Source of the DNA: an uncultured virus (IMG/VR IMGVR_UViG_3300028805_000098)
Taxonomy: Duplodnaviria > Heunggongvirae > Uroviricota > Caudoviricetes
IMG/VR virus record: IMGVR_UViG_3300028805_000098
Span: 1-64,000 of that record
Direction: 5' to 3' (one strand)
Length of the DNA: 64,000 bases
Shown here: positions 29,077 to 40,060 of the stretch, piece by piece
How positions within the stretch are numbered: position 1 is the stretch's first letter
Layout: the number at the start of each line of letters is the position of its first letter
Notes under the pieces: model-generated
The model's input: the letters and a program-made list of their open reading frames with translations, nothing else
The model's database searches: none
What the model was told of the DNA's origin: nothing
Translations under genes and position numbers: made by a program

Positions 29077-30524
29077 TAACCTTCGTATCCTTTTGGATAA
29101 CCAATAATTAATGAAACTTTCGAGTCGTCTACTTGGCGTTTGATGATTTCTTCACGTATTGCATCAAGTTGTTTCTTTTGGTCAAGTAACTGTGCTTTGC
29201 TCATTTTGACCTTTTTCATCTTCTCTTTATCGCCACTTTCCAATATGGAGAGAGAAGCATCAACAACTTCGAGTTTAGAGTGAAGATTATCAAGTACAAA
29301 CATTTTGTCATCCGCGTTCTGAACCTTTTGACCCTGCACACGAATCATATCAATCTCCCTCTGACTGATTCGTTTCATATTTCCAATGTTATCAATTAAA
29401 TCAAATAAACCTTCTTTGATAGCTTGGTCGACTTGTGCAGTAATTTTCTTATTAGCGGCAGCCTTATATTGCTTCATTCGAAATTCGATTGCTTTGTTAT
29501 TCTTCGCAAACATCTCCTGAACATGTGGAACCGCACTTTCTTTCGTAATGATTTGTTTGCGATTATAGTCTCCAATATTCATCATAATACCGGAAATGAT
29601 ATTTTTGACATACGGACTGATTTCAATTCGCAAAAGTTTGTCCATTGCTTCACTAAGCATTCTTGTAGAAAATTTCATTTCTTCCACACATGCAAAGAAC
29701 CAATTTACCGCCTGAGTAATATCCTCATCCATCCGTTTAATCGGAACATCGACTTGGCTATTACCAACAGCAACTATCATCTTCCGAACCATGTTATTAT
29801 AAATCGTCATAAGATGTCCACTGGTATTTCTAGTGAGACAAGAACCTTCTAAGAAATTGCGATTGTGGTACGGATAACTCTTGAATCTACATGCTATGAT
29901 TAACGGAATAATGAAAACTTTCTTGCATATAGAAGCTCTAACCAATTTCGTAGCCAGCAGAGATTTAGTATCAAGCAATGAGCTGAGGATATAGTTGGTT
30001 CTTTCAGCTATACGAAGATTAAAGACGACATTCTCGATATTGAAAAAAATCAAAGTGGTTATCTCCGCAGCGTTGAATCCAATATGATTGTCGTAGAAGA
30101 TTCTGCTGTCTAAGTCAAGTTGCCATTCTGTGGTATTAAGCCAAACCTCTTTAAGAATCTTAGTGGTAGCAACTTCTTTTTCAAGTATTCTATCAGCGAT
30201 GATATTGCAACTTCTTTCGCTCGGATAAACATTGCATCCGAAAAATTCACTTGAGCCACAATTATCCACAATGGTGATGTCAAAGCTTACTCCGAACATC
30301 CGTCGAAGCACAGTTCGCATACTGTTCAGATCTTCGGTAAGTTGTCCAATATAATACATCGGTTTAGGTTTCTGGTCTGCAGAATCAGAACCGACATTAA
30401 GTTGGATGTCTTGAATCAACCTGCACAGATAACGATAATCAGGATGGTCGATGATTATAGGATAGGCATTCGTGTCTAAGTTATAAAGACAAGAGCCTTG
30501 GAGTAACGTCGATCTATCGTTCAT
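29076..30524 (-). CDS. Putative virion (head) protein
   Basis: Between the capsid and terminase genes; ends in YPKGYEG. Confidence 0.55.
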   Translation of the reverse strand: MNDRSTLLQGSCLYNLDTNAYPIIIDHPDYRYLCRLIQDIQLNVGSDSADQKPKPMYYIGQLTEDLNSMRTVLRRMFGVSFDITIVDNCGSSEFFGCNVYPSERSCNIIADRILEKEVATTKILKEVWLNTTEWQLDLDSRIFYDNHIGFNAAEITTLIFFNIENVVFNLRIAERTNYILSSLLDTKSLLATKLVRASICKKVFIIPLIIACRFKSYPYHNRNFLEGSCLTRNTSGHLMTIYNNMVRKMIVAVGNSQVDVPIKRMDEDITQAVNWFFACVEEMKFSTRMLSEAMDKLLRIEISPYVKNIISGIMMNIGDYNRKQIITKESAVPHVQEMFAKNNKAIEFRMKQYKAAANKKITAQVDQAIKEGLFDLIDNIGNMKRISQREIDMIRVQGQKVQNADDKMFVLDNLHSKLEVVDASLSILESGDKEKMKKVKMSKAQLLDQKKQLDAIREEIIKRQVDDSKVSLIIGYPKGYEG

Positions 30525-30648
30525 TTTTATCATTCCTTTCTCTTTACCCAAATAAAGACGCTATTAGGGACAAAGGGTTTATTTTAACCCTTTGTCCCGT
30601 AGAGCTCTTTTTCACGCACCTGTCCCCGTAGAGATTAAGGCACTAATA

Positions 30649-32493
30649 TCAGCATATAGCATAACCTTGCATACGAATTTGAGCGTCATTACGAACTTCG
30701 TCGAAGTACATTTCAGATTGCAACGGCAAATACTCATAGTTGAGATAACGCTGAGCAACCATGACGTTCGGAATGAGAGGAGTGTTCATATTGCGATAGT
30801 TGTTTTCGATGAAGAAACTGTAATCGTATTTACGATACGTGATGAATTCCTGAGTGAGCGGATAACCAATCAGACGGAATCCTTTCGCAAAGGTTTCTTT
30901 CATCGTGGCGATGACATGAACGCGAGTGCCCGCGATTGTCGTAACACCAAATTTATAATCGAGTTTGACGCCACCGACTTTCGTACGTTCATCGACTACC
31001 CATTGAATATCCTGCAGATAGCTAATCATTGTCGGGTTTGCAACCATAACAACCATGATATTACTATTCTTAAGTTTCTGCACGAATTGGATAATATATT
31101 TCTCGAGGTAGTAACGAAGCTGAGTCGTACGCCATTCGGATTGCGGCAAGAGGTAACGGTCAGGTTTTTGGAGTTCAAACTTAATAGAATCCGCCAACTG
31201 AATCGTGTAACCCATGGGATTGCGGCTGCCGTTAACGTCTTCAACGGCAGTCTGGAAGCTATCTTCGAGGAACAGCTTCGTATTAGTATCTTTGAATTGA
31301 TAGCAGGTGTCGGACAGTTTGCTGACAGTTTCAACCGTAACGTCGATATTACTGAGCATCTTTTCGTCGCGAATCTTTTCGACAGTGAGACCAGTATTCA
31401 ATCTTTCCTGTTCAGGAATCGGAATCTGCTCATTTCTACGTTCGCGGTCAAGCTCAGTTCCGACATCGTTGTTAGCACTTGACAAATGACCGGTGAAATG
31501 AACTTTCTTTATCAAGCCGGCAGTACATGCAATCGAAACTTTACCAGAATAGAACTCAATCGTTCCGGTAATAGTATCAACGGTTGCAGTGTCGTTCTTT
31601 TTAATCAAAGAATTCTGACGAACTTCGCCAGTAAATGTTGCAGTTTGATAATGCGGTTTAATCTTCAAACCTTTAATGGTCAGATCTTTGAATCCAGACA
31701 CATCAAAAGTTTTGCCGTCGATAGCGTCGTCTGCAGTTTTGGCGACAGGAACGGTCATGACAACTTGGTCAATCATAAGATCGTAACCAAGAACGTCACG
31801 AGTTGCAAGACTACCACCAGATTCTGTAAGAAGATTCAGTTCAGCAAAAGGCAACGCGGCGCCGTCAGCTTCAGGATAGAATTTATCTGAAATAGGCTTA
31901 CCGACAGTTCCTTTCAGAACCTCTTTATATGTATCTTCATTCTCAGGATAGAAAATATCAGGCAGATAATATTTCTTACCTTCACGGTCTTTCAAGAAGT
32001 CTCTTTCATAACCGATATTGATAAGCATCTTATCCGCAGTCAATGTAGGAATAGCATCTTTGTACGCACTCTTAATGTACGCCTTTTTCATAAGCGGAAG
32101 AGTGAGAGCAACGATAGGTTCCAACTGACCGACAGTACTTGCTTCGTAAAGCGCTTGTCTGGTATTTTCAATGAGCTGATCCAACTTCTCGTTGTGAAGA
32201 GCCATATATCCCAAATCAAGATTATTCTCCGTATTAGCAGAAAGGTAGGAATACGTGGAAGATTCTGCCATCGGCTGATCTCCAAGCACATCGCTAAACA
32301 TAATATCACGATAACTTTCAAAAGCTTGATCGTCCTGAAGAATGTTCTTAAAATCCTGAATCGGGCTATAATGAGTGGTGTCCCTAGCAGCTTCCATAGC
32401 CGCTTTTAAACCATCAGTGAACGATGTATCCACATTAGGTTGAAACAGACCTACAGCACCCTGTCTCGCTATAATGTCGTTTTGTTCGAACAT
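30649..32493 (-). CDS. Major capsid protein precursor
   Basis: Size and position; propeptide with AMEA/LYEA-type cleavage sites; MVANP and AQRY motifs; own late promoter at 32522-32533. Confidence 0.7.
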   Translation of the reverse strand: MFEQNDIIARQGAVGLFQPNVDTSFTDGLKAAMEAARDTTHYSPIQDFKNILQDDQAFESYRDIMFSDVLGDQPMAESSTYSYLSANTENNLDLGYMALHNEKLDQLIENTRQALYEASTVGQLEPIVALTLPLMKKAYIKSAYKDAIPTLTADKMLINIGYERDFLKDREGKKYYLPDIFYPENEDTYKEVLKGTVGKPISDKFYPEADGAALPFAELNLLTESGGSLATRDVLGYDLMIDQVVMTVPVAKTADDAIDGKTFDVSGFKDLTIKGLKIKPHYQTATFTGEVRQNSLIKKNDTATVDTITGTIEFYSGKVSIACTAGLIKKVHFTGHLSSANNDVGTELDRERRNEQIPIPEQERLNTGLTVEKIRDEKMLSNIDVTVETVSKLSDTCYQFKDTNTKLFLEDSFQTAVEDVNGSRNPMGYTIQLADSIKFELQKPDRYLLPQSEWRTTQLRYYLEKYIIQFVQKLKNSNIMVVMVANPTMISYLQDIQWVVDERTKVGGVKLDYKFGVTTIAGTRVHVIATMKETFAKGFRLIGYPLTQEFITYRKYDYSFFIENNYRNMNTPLIPNVMVAQRYLNYEYLPLQSEMYFDEVRNDAQIRMQGYAIC

Positions 32494-32535
32494 TATAAGC
32501 ACATCCTTTCTCTGTGAATTTTAACTACTTGTTGC

Positions 32536-33546
32536 TTATGACGGTTCTTCACCGTCGTCAGAGTCTTTCTCTGAAGTTTTCTTCGTTTTAGCCTTAGATT
32601 TAGAAGGCTTAGATTGTTTCTTCGTGGAATCAGTATTGTTTTCATTTGTGGTATTAGAAGATTTACTGTCACGATTCCTTTGATTGATTTCATTGACCTT
32701 CTGAAGTAATTCCAGATTTATATCAATTGCGATGACAAATCTTCTGTAGTTATATAGAGCAGTGGTGTAATCATCTTCATCAAACTTGAAAACCATATAA
32801 TCACCAACGACATCTTCGAGTTTGCTAAAGTTATTGACCACTTGCATATCGATTTGTTTTTCTTCAAAAGAATTACGTTTCTTCTCGGTGATCTTATCCG
32901 CTGCATCTTTGATGAACGCTTGTAACTCACGGAAATCTTTTAGAAGATAGAATTTACGAAGTTTGTCTTCTTTAGATGAATCATCAGAGCTTCCTTCTTC
33001 AGAATCACTGCCTTCTTTATCATCGTCTCCTGAGTCTTCACCTTCACTATCGGCATCATCACCCATTGCGTCATCTGTGCCAGCCGAATAATCTGTGGTT
33101 TCTTCATTTCCACCACCAGAGTCATCAGCATTTTCTCCAGAGTCTTCATCGCCAGCGTCAGCAGTATCATTAGTCGGGTCGTCATCGCCATTATCAGAAT
33201 AATCTGTAGGTTTATCATCTGTACCACCAGTATCCGTTCCGGCATCAGGTTTGTCTTCGCCAGTATCTTCATCATCTGGAACATCGGCGGTGTAATCTGT
33301 GGTTTCCTCATTATCATCACCGATCGTCTCGTCTTCCACAGTATAATCTGTGGAATCATCATCTTTGTTATCATTAGTTTTTGTATCCGCTCCAGCGTCA
33401 GGCTTTTTATCGTCGTCTTTATCAGTATCCTTGTCTTCTTCTTTGTCATCATCTTTGGGTTCTTCTTTGGAATAGTCAGTGGGTTTATCATCCTTAGCTT
33501 CCATAAGAATACTGTTGAAAAATGCTCTAAAACTCATATCTGTCAC
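32536..33546 (-). CDS. Very acidic protein with TDY repeats (scaffold/inner-head candidate)
   Basis: D/E-rich spacer with five TDY[S/T] motifs; adjacent to the capsid gene. Confidence 0.65.
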   Translation of the reverse strand: MTDMSFRAFFNSILMEAKDDKPTDYSKEEPKDDDKEEDKDTDKDDDKKPDAGADTKTNDNKDDDSTDYTVEDETIGDDNEETTDYTADVPDDEDTGEDKPDAGTDTGGTDDKPTDYSDNGDDDPTNDTADAGDEDSGENADDSGGGNEETTDYSAGTDDAMGDDADSEGEDSGDDDKEGSDSEEGSSDDSSKEDKLRKFYLLKDFRELQAFIKDAADKITEKKRNSFEEKQIDMQVVNNFSKLEDVVGDYMVFKFDEDDYTTALYNYRRFVIAIDINLELLQKVNEINQRNRDSKSSNTTNENNTDSTKKQSKPSKSKAKTKKTSEKDSDDGEEPS

Positions 33547-33548
33547 CT

Positions 33549-35150
33549 CTACTTATCAAGGTGAAGTTTGATTCTTCCGACCTCAGTCTCAAGAGATTTA
33601 CGAATACGCATGAGTTTATATTTGTTTTCGTTATCACCTTTAGCTTCAGCATCTTTGATTTTCTCTTTACAAATTTCGAGTTCAGATTCCAAATCGTGTA
33701 CTATTGCACTACGTTCATTACGGTCGATGTGTCTATCGTACGCCATTTTTCCTAAGAACGCGATAGCTGCAGCTGCAGGGTGAATTAATACAGCCAATCC
33801 ACCATACGCAATACATTTCGCAATAATACGAACAAGTTTAAATCTGTACTTGCCTTGGATGATTTCTTCACGCTTATCATGACTGAGAGCATCTCTTGCG
33901 CCGTTGATGATCTTATTTACAGCATCATCAAGAGGTTCAGATGCGCGTTCAGCATTTTTAACCGGGCTTTCTTCAGGAAGAACATTACGAGCTGTATGAA
34001 CAGCTTTTCGAACCACATCTTGTGCGGTTTGAGTTATTCCCTCGAGTGTTATTACAGGATAAGAATCTTTTCCGCCGATGACCAGTTTGCAATCGGTATA
34101 AGCAATTTTCCCATTAATATATTCAACAAGAGATTTCACTTTGGAATCGATTCCTGAAGTATTAGACGAATTGAGTTTCTCATAATCAAACCCGTATAAT
34201 TGGTATTTGTCCGAAGAACCGTTATTGAAACTAATCTGATAACCATAACCAGAATGGTCTTCGAAAGCTTTCATCAGTTCTTTGTCTTTAGAAAGTGATT
34301 CCATCATGATACCGTTAGTGATGATATAAGCGGACTTACGTTTACCTGTATCAACTACAGGTTCGGTATCTGACGATTCTGTGACTGGAGTTTCTTTATC
34401 AAATCCAAATTTCTCGTAATAATCAACACTTTGAGTAGCTCCGTAAAGAAGTTGTTCAAATGTGCTGATCAGTGCGTTATCGAAATCGTCATCGGAACGG
34501 AAATCTTCTCTTTGCATGAGGGTAAATCTTACGAATGGATTAAGATTATTTCCCTCAGTGATAAATCGCATAGATTCTTTAGCAGCTTTATCCTTCTTGG
34601 AAGTCTCCGCCTCAGATTCTTTGAGTTTCTGAATATGAGCTTGAGTTTTAGCTCTGGACTTTTTCAAATTGGCAAGATATTTCTGTAAGTCTTCGGTATC
34701 TTTACCTTCCTTCTTACGTTTCTTGATCTCGTCTTCAGTCCAAAGAATTTCTCTCTCATAGATTTTATCATACTTTTCAGCATTCTTCATATCGACATTG
34801 TTTTGAACCGCAGTATCAATCATCTTAATGGGAATGCCGATGATAAACGGAGTTAATACGACGGAACCATTCACGATTACCTTACGGATTTTCCTGAATG
34901 TATCGTCCTCGTTTTTCAAGAGCTCTTCTTCATCTTTTTCGGTTAATCCAGCAGTAAGGTCTGCCATTTTATCAACAATCGGATTCTTCTGAGTGGACAC
35001 AACGCCCTTTTCATATTTGGCATTAATTTTAGCTCGTCCATCTTTCAGCTTTTGACTTATAGAATCCGTTACTCGTTTGACGTGATGTTTGACCTTACCG
35101 ACGCTACCTTTGAGGTCTTCCTTCAGAGCTCTGAACTCTTTTTCTGTCAT
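33549..35150 (-). CDS. Putative virion head protein
   Basis: 533 aa; late promoter at 35192-35203; several x-x-E-S sites. Confidence 0.6.
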   Translation of the reverse strand: MTEKEFRALKEDLKGSVGKVKHHVKRVTDSISQKLKDGRAKINAKYEKGVVSTQKNPIVDKMADLTAGLTEKDEEELLKNEDDTFRKIRKVIVNGSVVLTPFIIGIPIKMIDTAVQNNVDMKNAEKYDKIYEREILWTEDEIKKRKKEGKDTEDLQKYLANLKKSRAKTQAHIQKLKESEAETSKKDKAAKESMRFITEGNNLNPFVRFTLMQREDFRSDDDFDNALISTFEQLLYGATQSVDYYEKFGFDKETPVTESSDTEPVVDTGKRKSAYIITNGIMMESLSKDKELMKAFEDHSGYGYQISFNNGSSDKYQLYGFDYEKLNSSNTSGIDSKVKSLVEYINGKIAYTDCKLVIGGKDSYPVITLEGITQTAQDVVRKAVHTARNVLPEESPVKNAERASEPLDDAVNKIINGARDALSHDKREEIIQGKYRFKLVRIIAKCIAYGGLAVLIHPAAAAIAFLGKMAYDRHIDRNERSAIVHDLESELEICKEKIKDAEAKGDNENKYKLMRIRKSLETEVGRIKLHLDK

Positions 35151-35271
35151 AACAGAGAACCTCGCTTTCTATGGTAAAATCTTGGTTTATTTATAGCCTT
35201 GTTTTTTCGGTGATTTTCGCCCTTTCAAACAAAGGAATAAGATAACCAGTCAGGAAAGGACGTGGATAACA

Positions 35272-36156
35272 ATGATTTCAGGTAAATTGAATCCTGTTGA
35301 AGCGTATGTGATCATGGAATCTGAAGGTCCTTGGACAAAACCGAATATAAAGCAGGTAGTCGACAGAGCGAATATGTTCTATGTTACGATAGATACAGTA
35401 TTGCAAACTTTCAATACTTGGAATCGTAACAAAAGACAATATCTTCGTGAAGCGATGATACCCGCGTTGGAAGCTCCTCATCTTGTCGAACTTAGAGCAA
35501 AAAAAGCTTGGGTTGGTGAAAATGGTCACCCCCAAACTAATGACCCTATGAAAGTTCTCAATATTGATTTGACAAAAGTTTGCCATAAGGTTGACTCTTA
35601 CAATATCAAAGGGAACACGTTGTATGGTCAGGTAACTACATTAAACGACAAACAATGGGGTCAACAGATGACAGGTCATATTCTTCAAGGCATGGAAGTT
35701 TCATTCTCTCTCAGAGCATTAGCTTCTATTACCAGAGTTGATGGAGGAAGAGGGATTGTAAAAACTCAACCTCATATTGTGTGTTACGATAGAGTATGTT
35801 TACCTAGCCATCCTGAAGCTTACCAAGATTCGACTGCACCTATCAAACTTAAGCAACCATCTCCAATCAATGTAGTTCAAGAAGATTGGACTTACAAGCT
35901 TTCAGAAAAAGAAGCGCAAAATTTGGTAATGGAATCCGCCGGAAAGTTCATGGGTGAAGAATCCAAAAGATTTAAGGACATCGTGAATATATTTGACGTA
36001 TGCTATGAGACTATAAACGTTGCACCAGATGGTCGCTCGGTAATGATTAAAGACACCGAAACCGGTGACCGATTCAATATACTGATGGAAGATTACGTGT
36101 ATAACCAAGTTTCTGATTTCTTCTCTAATCTTTCTAAACCAAGAAAGAGGTGGTAA
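35272..36156 (+). CDS. Prohead maturation protease (T4 gp21-like)
   Basis: NRNKRQY, GENGHP, VCH, FSLRA, YDRVCLPSHPEAY. Confidence 0.85.
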   Translation: MISGKLNPVEAYVIMESEGPWTKPNIKQVVDRANMFYVTIDTVLQTFNTWNRNKRQYLREAMIPALEAPHLVELRAKKAWVGENGHPQTNDPMKVLNIDLTKVCHKVDSYNIKGNTLYGQVTTLNDKQWGQQMTGHILQGMEVSFSLRALASITRVDGGRGIVKTQPHIVCYDRVCLPSHPEAYQDSTAPIKLKQPSPINVVQEDWTYKLSEKEAQNLVMESAGKFMGEESKRFKDIVNIFDVCYETINVAPDGRSVMIKDTETGDRFNILMEDYVYNQVSDFFSNLSKPRKRW

Positions 36157-36159
36157 ATC

Positions 36160-36912
36160 ATGGCAACATGGCGAGATAAAAACCATCTGTTGAGATTACT
36201 CAAAGGAGATTTAGGAATTGCGTCGCGTCCACTTCCATTCGATGATGAAGAGTTTTATCAACACATTATACTTGATAGAGCTCTACCAGAATTTTCCGCG
36301 TTAATGCCTTATATTGAAAAGATCATTATGGACATTTATACGGACGCAGTAGCAGATAGAGAAGACCCGGTTAACATAGATGGTGACAGTGTGACAATAA
36401 ACACGCTGTTGAGAATTCCACCGGTTAAAGCTCAGAGAATATTAGGTGTGGCTTCTGTCAGACCTCATAATCGTCTCAGTAATCTATCGATGAGTAGTTC
36501 GTTCGAAGCTGTTGAATCATATCAAGATTTAGCTCAAGCACAAAGTCTTGCTGATTTGGCTTCTATATTGATCCCACCAATGACTTTTCAATATATCAAA
36601 CCGGATAAAGTTCGTTTATACAACAATCACACTTATACTTCCAAGATAGAAGTAGAAGTCAAATACGAACATCATCCCGAATTGCACACTATTCCAATGA
36701 GCCAGAGAGGTTCATTCTATAAACTCGCTCTGTTATTTGCGAAATCATTTATGTATAATAACATGATTCATTATTCCGGATTCAGAACTGCATATGGTGA
36801 AGTTGATTTGAAAATCGATGACTGGTCTGGTGCTGAAGATGAACTTAATGATATGATTAAGGAATGGGAAGACCTTTATCATCTCGACCAACCAAACATA
36901 TTCTGGATATAG
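36160..36912 (+). CDS. Putative neck/head-completion protein
   Basis: Follows the protease; C-terminal pattern reminiscent of neck proteins (weak). Confidence 0.45.
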   Translation: MATWRDKNHLLRLLKGDLGIASRPLPFDDEEFYQHIILDRALPEFSALMPYIEKIIMDIYTDAVADREDPVNIDGDSVTINTLLRIPPVKAQRILGVASVRPHNRLSNLSMSSSFEAVESYQDLAQAQSLADLASILIPPMTFQYIKPDKVRLYNNHTYTSKIEVEVKYEHHPELHTIPMSQRGSFYKLALLFAKSFMYNNMIHYSGFRTAYGEVDLKIDDWSGAEDELNDMIKEWEDLYHLDQPNIFWI

Positions 36913-36961
36913 AAATGAGCGCAATTGACATGACACTAAAAAACAAAAGGAGGAAATAACC

Positions 36962-37435
36962 ATGGAATTCTTCAAAGGATTTGGTGGTGGAGAACCTATT
37001 ATCTCTAAATCGGACTCCACTCTTATAACTGAAGCAGTTCTTCTTGAAGGATTGAGTTCGGAAGAAGCTGCATCCATTTGTGAAGATTCTCGTTTTACCG
37101 ATGAACTGATTCGTGCTGACATCGTGACGGAAAAGACTATCATCAAATTGGATAAAAAGGCGAAACTTAAAGGTGCTACTCGCACCGCAGTTTATACCAT
37201 CGCACGTCAACGTAAAGATCCTAAGTTTAAAAAGCTTTTGACGTTGTGGCGTATGGAATCTCAACTTGAAAAAGAGTTGTATAAGAAATACCATAATGAA
37301 GCGTTACTGAAGGCGAAAAAATCTCTGAGTGCTAAACCCACGAGTTCACTTCCTAGCGTCAGCAATCATGGTAAGAATTCTGCAGCTGTTAAAAATGCAA
37401 TCAGTAAAGCTAAAGCGCAGCTTAAAACTCATTAA
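36962..37435 (+). CDS. Putative small virion protein
   Basis: Late promoter at 36927-36938; strong RBS; acidic N-terminus with LITEA/LLEG sites; basic C-terminus. Confidence 0.6.
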   Translation: MEFFKGFGGGEPIISKSDSTLITEAVLLEGLSSEEAASICEDSRFTDELIRADIVTEKTIIKLDKKAKLKGATRTAVYTIARQRKDPKFKKLLTLWRMESQLEKELYKKYHNEALLKAKKSLSAKPTSSLPSVSNHGKNSAAVKNAISKAKAQLKTH

Positions 37436-37511
37436 ATACACCTCCGAAAAAAGACAAGTATAAGCCTTGGCTATCGCAGCCAGGGCTTGTATTTGCGCTT
37501 TTATTTCGAAT

Positions 37512-37520
37512 ATATATTAT
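37512..37520 (+). promoter_or_regulatory. Early-type promoter ATATATTAT
   Basis: Exact motif after a terminator and upstream of the 37571 ORF. Confidence 0.7.
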
Positions 37521-37570
37521 CACCTAGTAAATAAGGATATCTCGGTTAATATCAAAGATGGAGGTGACAT

Positions 37571-38353
37571 ATGAGCGATGAAATGAAGCACATTGATAAG
37601 CGAATTGTCAGAACCATAGCCAATTTTTCCTCGTTTAAATTGGAATTACACGTCTTGTTAACACAGCCGGACGGTAAACCTGGTGTGATTGATTGGGAAC
37701 GTGAAGTAAATTCATTATGGACTGAACACAATTACTACATCGATGGTTCTACGTTCCTGGTAATAAAGAATACCTCGAAAAATTCCGATAAGGATATTGA
37801 TTGGCGTAAACGTTCGCTCTACGTTACATCGAGAACTCAACATATATTCGTCAAAGCGTTCGACGATATGTTGAAAATTCTTTATGATGAAACCAATGAC
37901 CCATTTTACCAAGAGCATGGACATCTCAAAACTTATACTCCGGAAGAAACCCAAATTGTATTTGTCGATAGTGTCGGTGACGATAATGTCTTCGAATTGA
38001 GACCGGCAGTTATTACCGATAAAGACAATGTGGAATATGAAGGTGCTGCGTTAAGCATCAATACATCTACAAATACTGGTGGATTAGTTTTGGATGAACT
38101 GGAGGCTATCAGAGACATTCTCTCTAAAATTGATCTGTTTCTATATTCTCAGAGTTTGCTGAACTTCTACTACCTGTACAAAAAGAAGGTAGAATCCGAG
38201 CATGTCGTGGTCAAAAACCAAGAGACTCGTACAACAAAAAAGAAGTTATTTAGCATACAGGATTTAGAAGAGTCTAATAATGGAGAAGAACGTATGACCA
38301 GCGTCGGAATGAAAACCGATGTGTTCATGGGTCTCGAAGGTGAAATAATATAA
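37571..38353 (+). CDS. Hypothetical protein
   Basis: RBS GGAGGT; 260 aa. Confidence 0.75.
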   Translation: MSDEMKHIDKRIVRTIANFSSFKLELHVLLTQPDGKPGVIDWEREVNSLWTEHNYYIDGSTFLVIKNTSKNSDKDIDWRKRSLYVTSRTQHIFVKAFDDMLKILYDETNDPFYQEHGHLKTYTPEETQIVFVDSVGDDNVFELRPAVITDKDNVEYEGAALSINTSTNTGGLVLDELEAIRDILSKIDLFLYSQSLLNFYYLYKKKVESEHVVVKNQETRTTKKKLFSIQDLEESNNGEERMTSVGMKTDVFMGLEGEII

Positions 38354-38365
38354 GGAGGTAATTTA

Positions 38366-38989
38366 ATGGACTTGAACAGCGGAGACAGCTATTTTATCGT
38401 CATCGATGGTATATTCGTCGCCGTTGGAGGCGATGCTCAGAAACATTTCGAAGACGATACCCTTGAGAAAGACTACGCCTATGTACACGAAGGTCAGTGC
38501 TATATCTATGGTGGTAAACTCAAGGAAAAAATCAAGCACGGCTATTTCTACAAGAATTCTGGTAAACTGGTATTTGTACCGGCGAACGACCCAGAGATGA
38601 GTTCCGTTAACAACATCAAAAACGTGACGATGATTAAACGGGAGATGGTTGACCGTGCTAACTTCAAAGACCAGACGGAAGACATCGATTTGACAGACCC
38701 GAAAGTGTTCGCGCCACCTATAAAGGAAGAAGACGATCCGCTGAAGAAGATTGTGAAAATGGCACTTCAAGAACTTCAGATCGACATGCGTGAATATTAC
38801 GGCAAGTTTGATAAAGACTACGACATGTCTAATCTCAAAGGTTCTCTTACCAAACCAAATCCGTTATCGATGAAGTATTTTCTGCGGTGGTGTGAAGTGC
38901 TTGACCTTCATTGCGACATCACCGTACGCAGTCGCTCTTCTCGAGCAAAACACACTTTGAAAAAAGAAATTGGTATCAGTATCGACTAA
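38366..38989 (+). CDS. Hypothetical protein, possible C-terminal HTH
   Basis: RBS AAGGAGGT; 207 aa. Confidence 0.7.
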   Translation: MDLNSGDSYFIVIDGIFVAVGGDAQKHFEDDTLEKDYAYVHEGQCYIYGGKLKEKIKHGYFYKNSGKLVFVPANDPEMSSVNNIKNVTMIKREMVDRANFKDQTEDIDLTDPKVFAPPIKEEDDPLKKIVKMALQELQIDMREYYGKFDKDYDMSNLKGSLTKPNPLSMKYFLRWCEVLDLHCDITVRSRSSRAKHTLKKEIGISID

Positions 38990-39179
38990 AAACAAGAAGG
39001 TAAGGTAATAGTTTTGGTATTTACTTCTGTTATCTTGCCTCCTTTAAAAATTTTTGAAAAGCTGTAATTGATTGGGAACGAGTAGACGCCGAGCTCGTTC
39101 CCAGTCGCCACTTTTCTTAGCAGTACCGATTTACTTGGAAGCTCACAAGCATTTAATCTGAATAAAGGAGGAAACTATA

Positions 39180-39989
39180 ATGGCGTTATTTAATCAGCAG
39201 CCCAATGGAATTGATGGGAAACGTTCTATTAACACCAAAGGTTACCAGTTCTACAATCTCGAAGGACTCGGTAACAGCACATTGAAAGTCGATTTGTGGA
39301 ACGACATTTTCATCTCAGTTCGCATTCATCCGGCTCGCCCGAAACATGAGCAGACCGACAAAGAGAAATACGATTACGAGCGTCAGGTCTCATCGGCAAT
39401 TCCGACTAATAAAGTCAGCGAACTTTTGGACGCAGTTCCGAGAATCGTAAAAGCGTTCGAAGAAGGTAAAGACGCAAATGCGTATGTCGATGTAGCCGGC
39501 AACAACCTTGTCGGATTTGGTACCATGAAACACAACGGGAAACAAATTTATTACTTCGCAATACATCGCAATCTTGATGAAAATAAAATTCCCGAGGTTA
39601 GCGCGTACTTTGAATTCCCGAAGTCTTACCGCATCGAAGACTATGATCCGAAGACCGGCAAACACGGCATGAACGGAATCGATAGCGGGGAGTTCCATCT
39701 CTTCGTGAAGTGTCTCGAAGAACAAGTTAGAGCGGTTAACAAGGCAACAGCACATAGCGTTCGCGTGGCGTTTGACATGGTTTTGACGAGACTCGAAAGT
39801 AAGCTCGATGCAATCGGCAAAGCAACAAATGCAAAGTTCGACCCCGTTACTAAATACGGTGTAGGTTCGACACGATTGTTTGGTAATAACCAGACCGACA
39901 CGGAAAACATGGAATCGGTAATGCGTGAAGCTGAAAAAGCGGTGAGTAACAAACTTCCCGACTTGAACGAAGAAACTTCACCGTTCTAA
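39180..39989 (+). CDS. Putative single-stranded DNA-binding protein
   Basis: Beta-rich core and acidic tail ending DLNEETSPF. Confidence 0.5.
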   Translation: MALFNQQPNGIDGKRSINTKGYQFYNLEGLGNSTLKVDLWNDIFISVRIHPARPKHEQTDKEKYDYERQVSSAIPTNKVSELLDAVPRIVKAFEEGKDANAYVDVAGNNLVGFGTMKHNGKQIYYFAIHRNLDENKIPEVSAYFEFPKSYRIEDYDPKTGKHGMNGIDSGEFHLFVKCLEEQVRAVNKATAHSVRVAFDMVLTRLESKLDAIGKATNAKFDPVTKYGVGSTRLFGNNQTDTENMESVMREAEKAVSNKLPDLNEETSPF

Positions 39990-40060
39990 AAACGAGTACT
40001 TGAGCTTGGAGATATTCATTCATCTCCAAGCTCTTTTTTACCAAAAAAGAAGGTGAAAAT

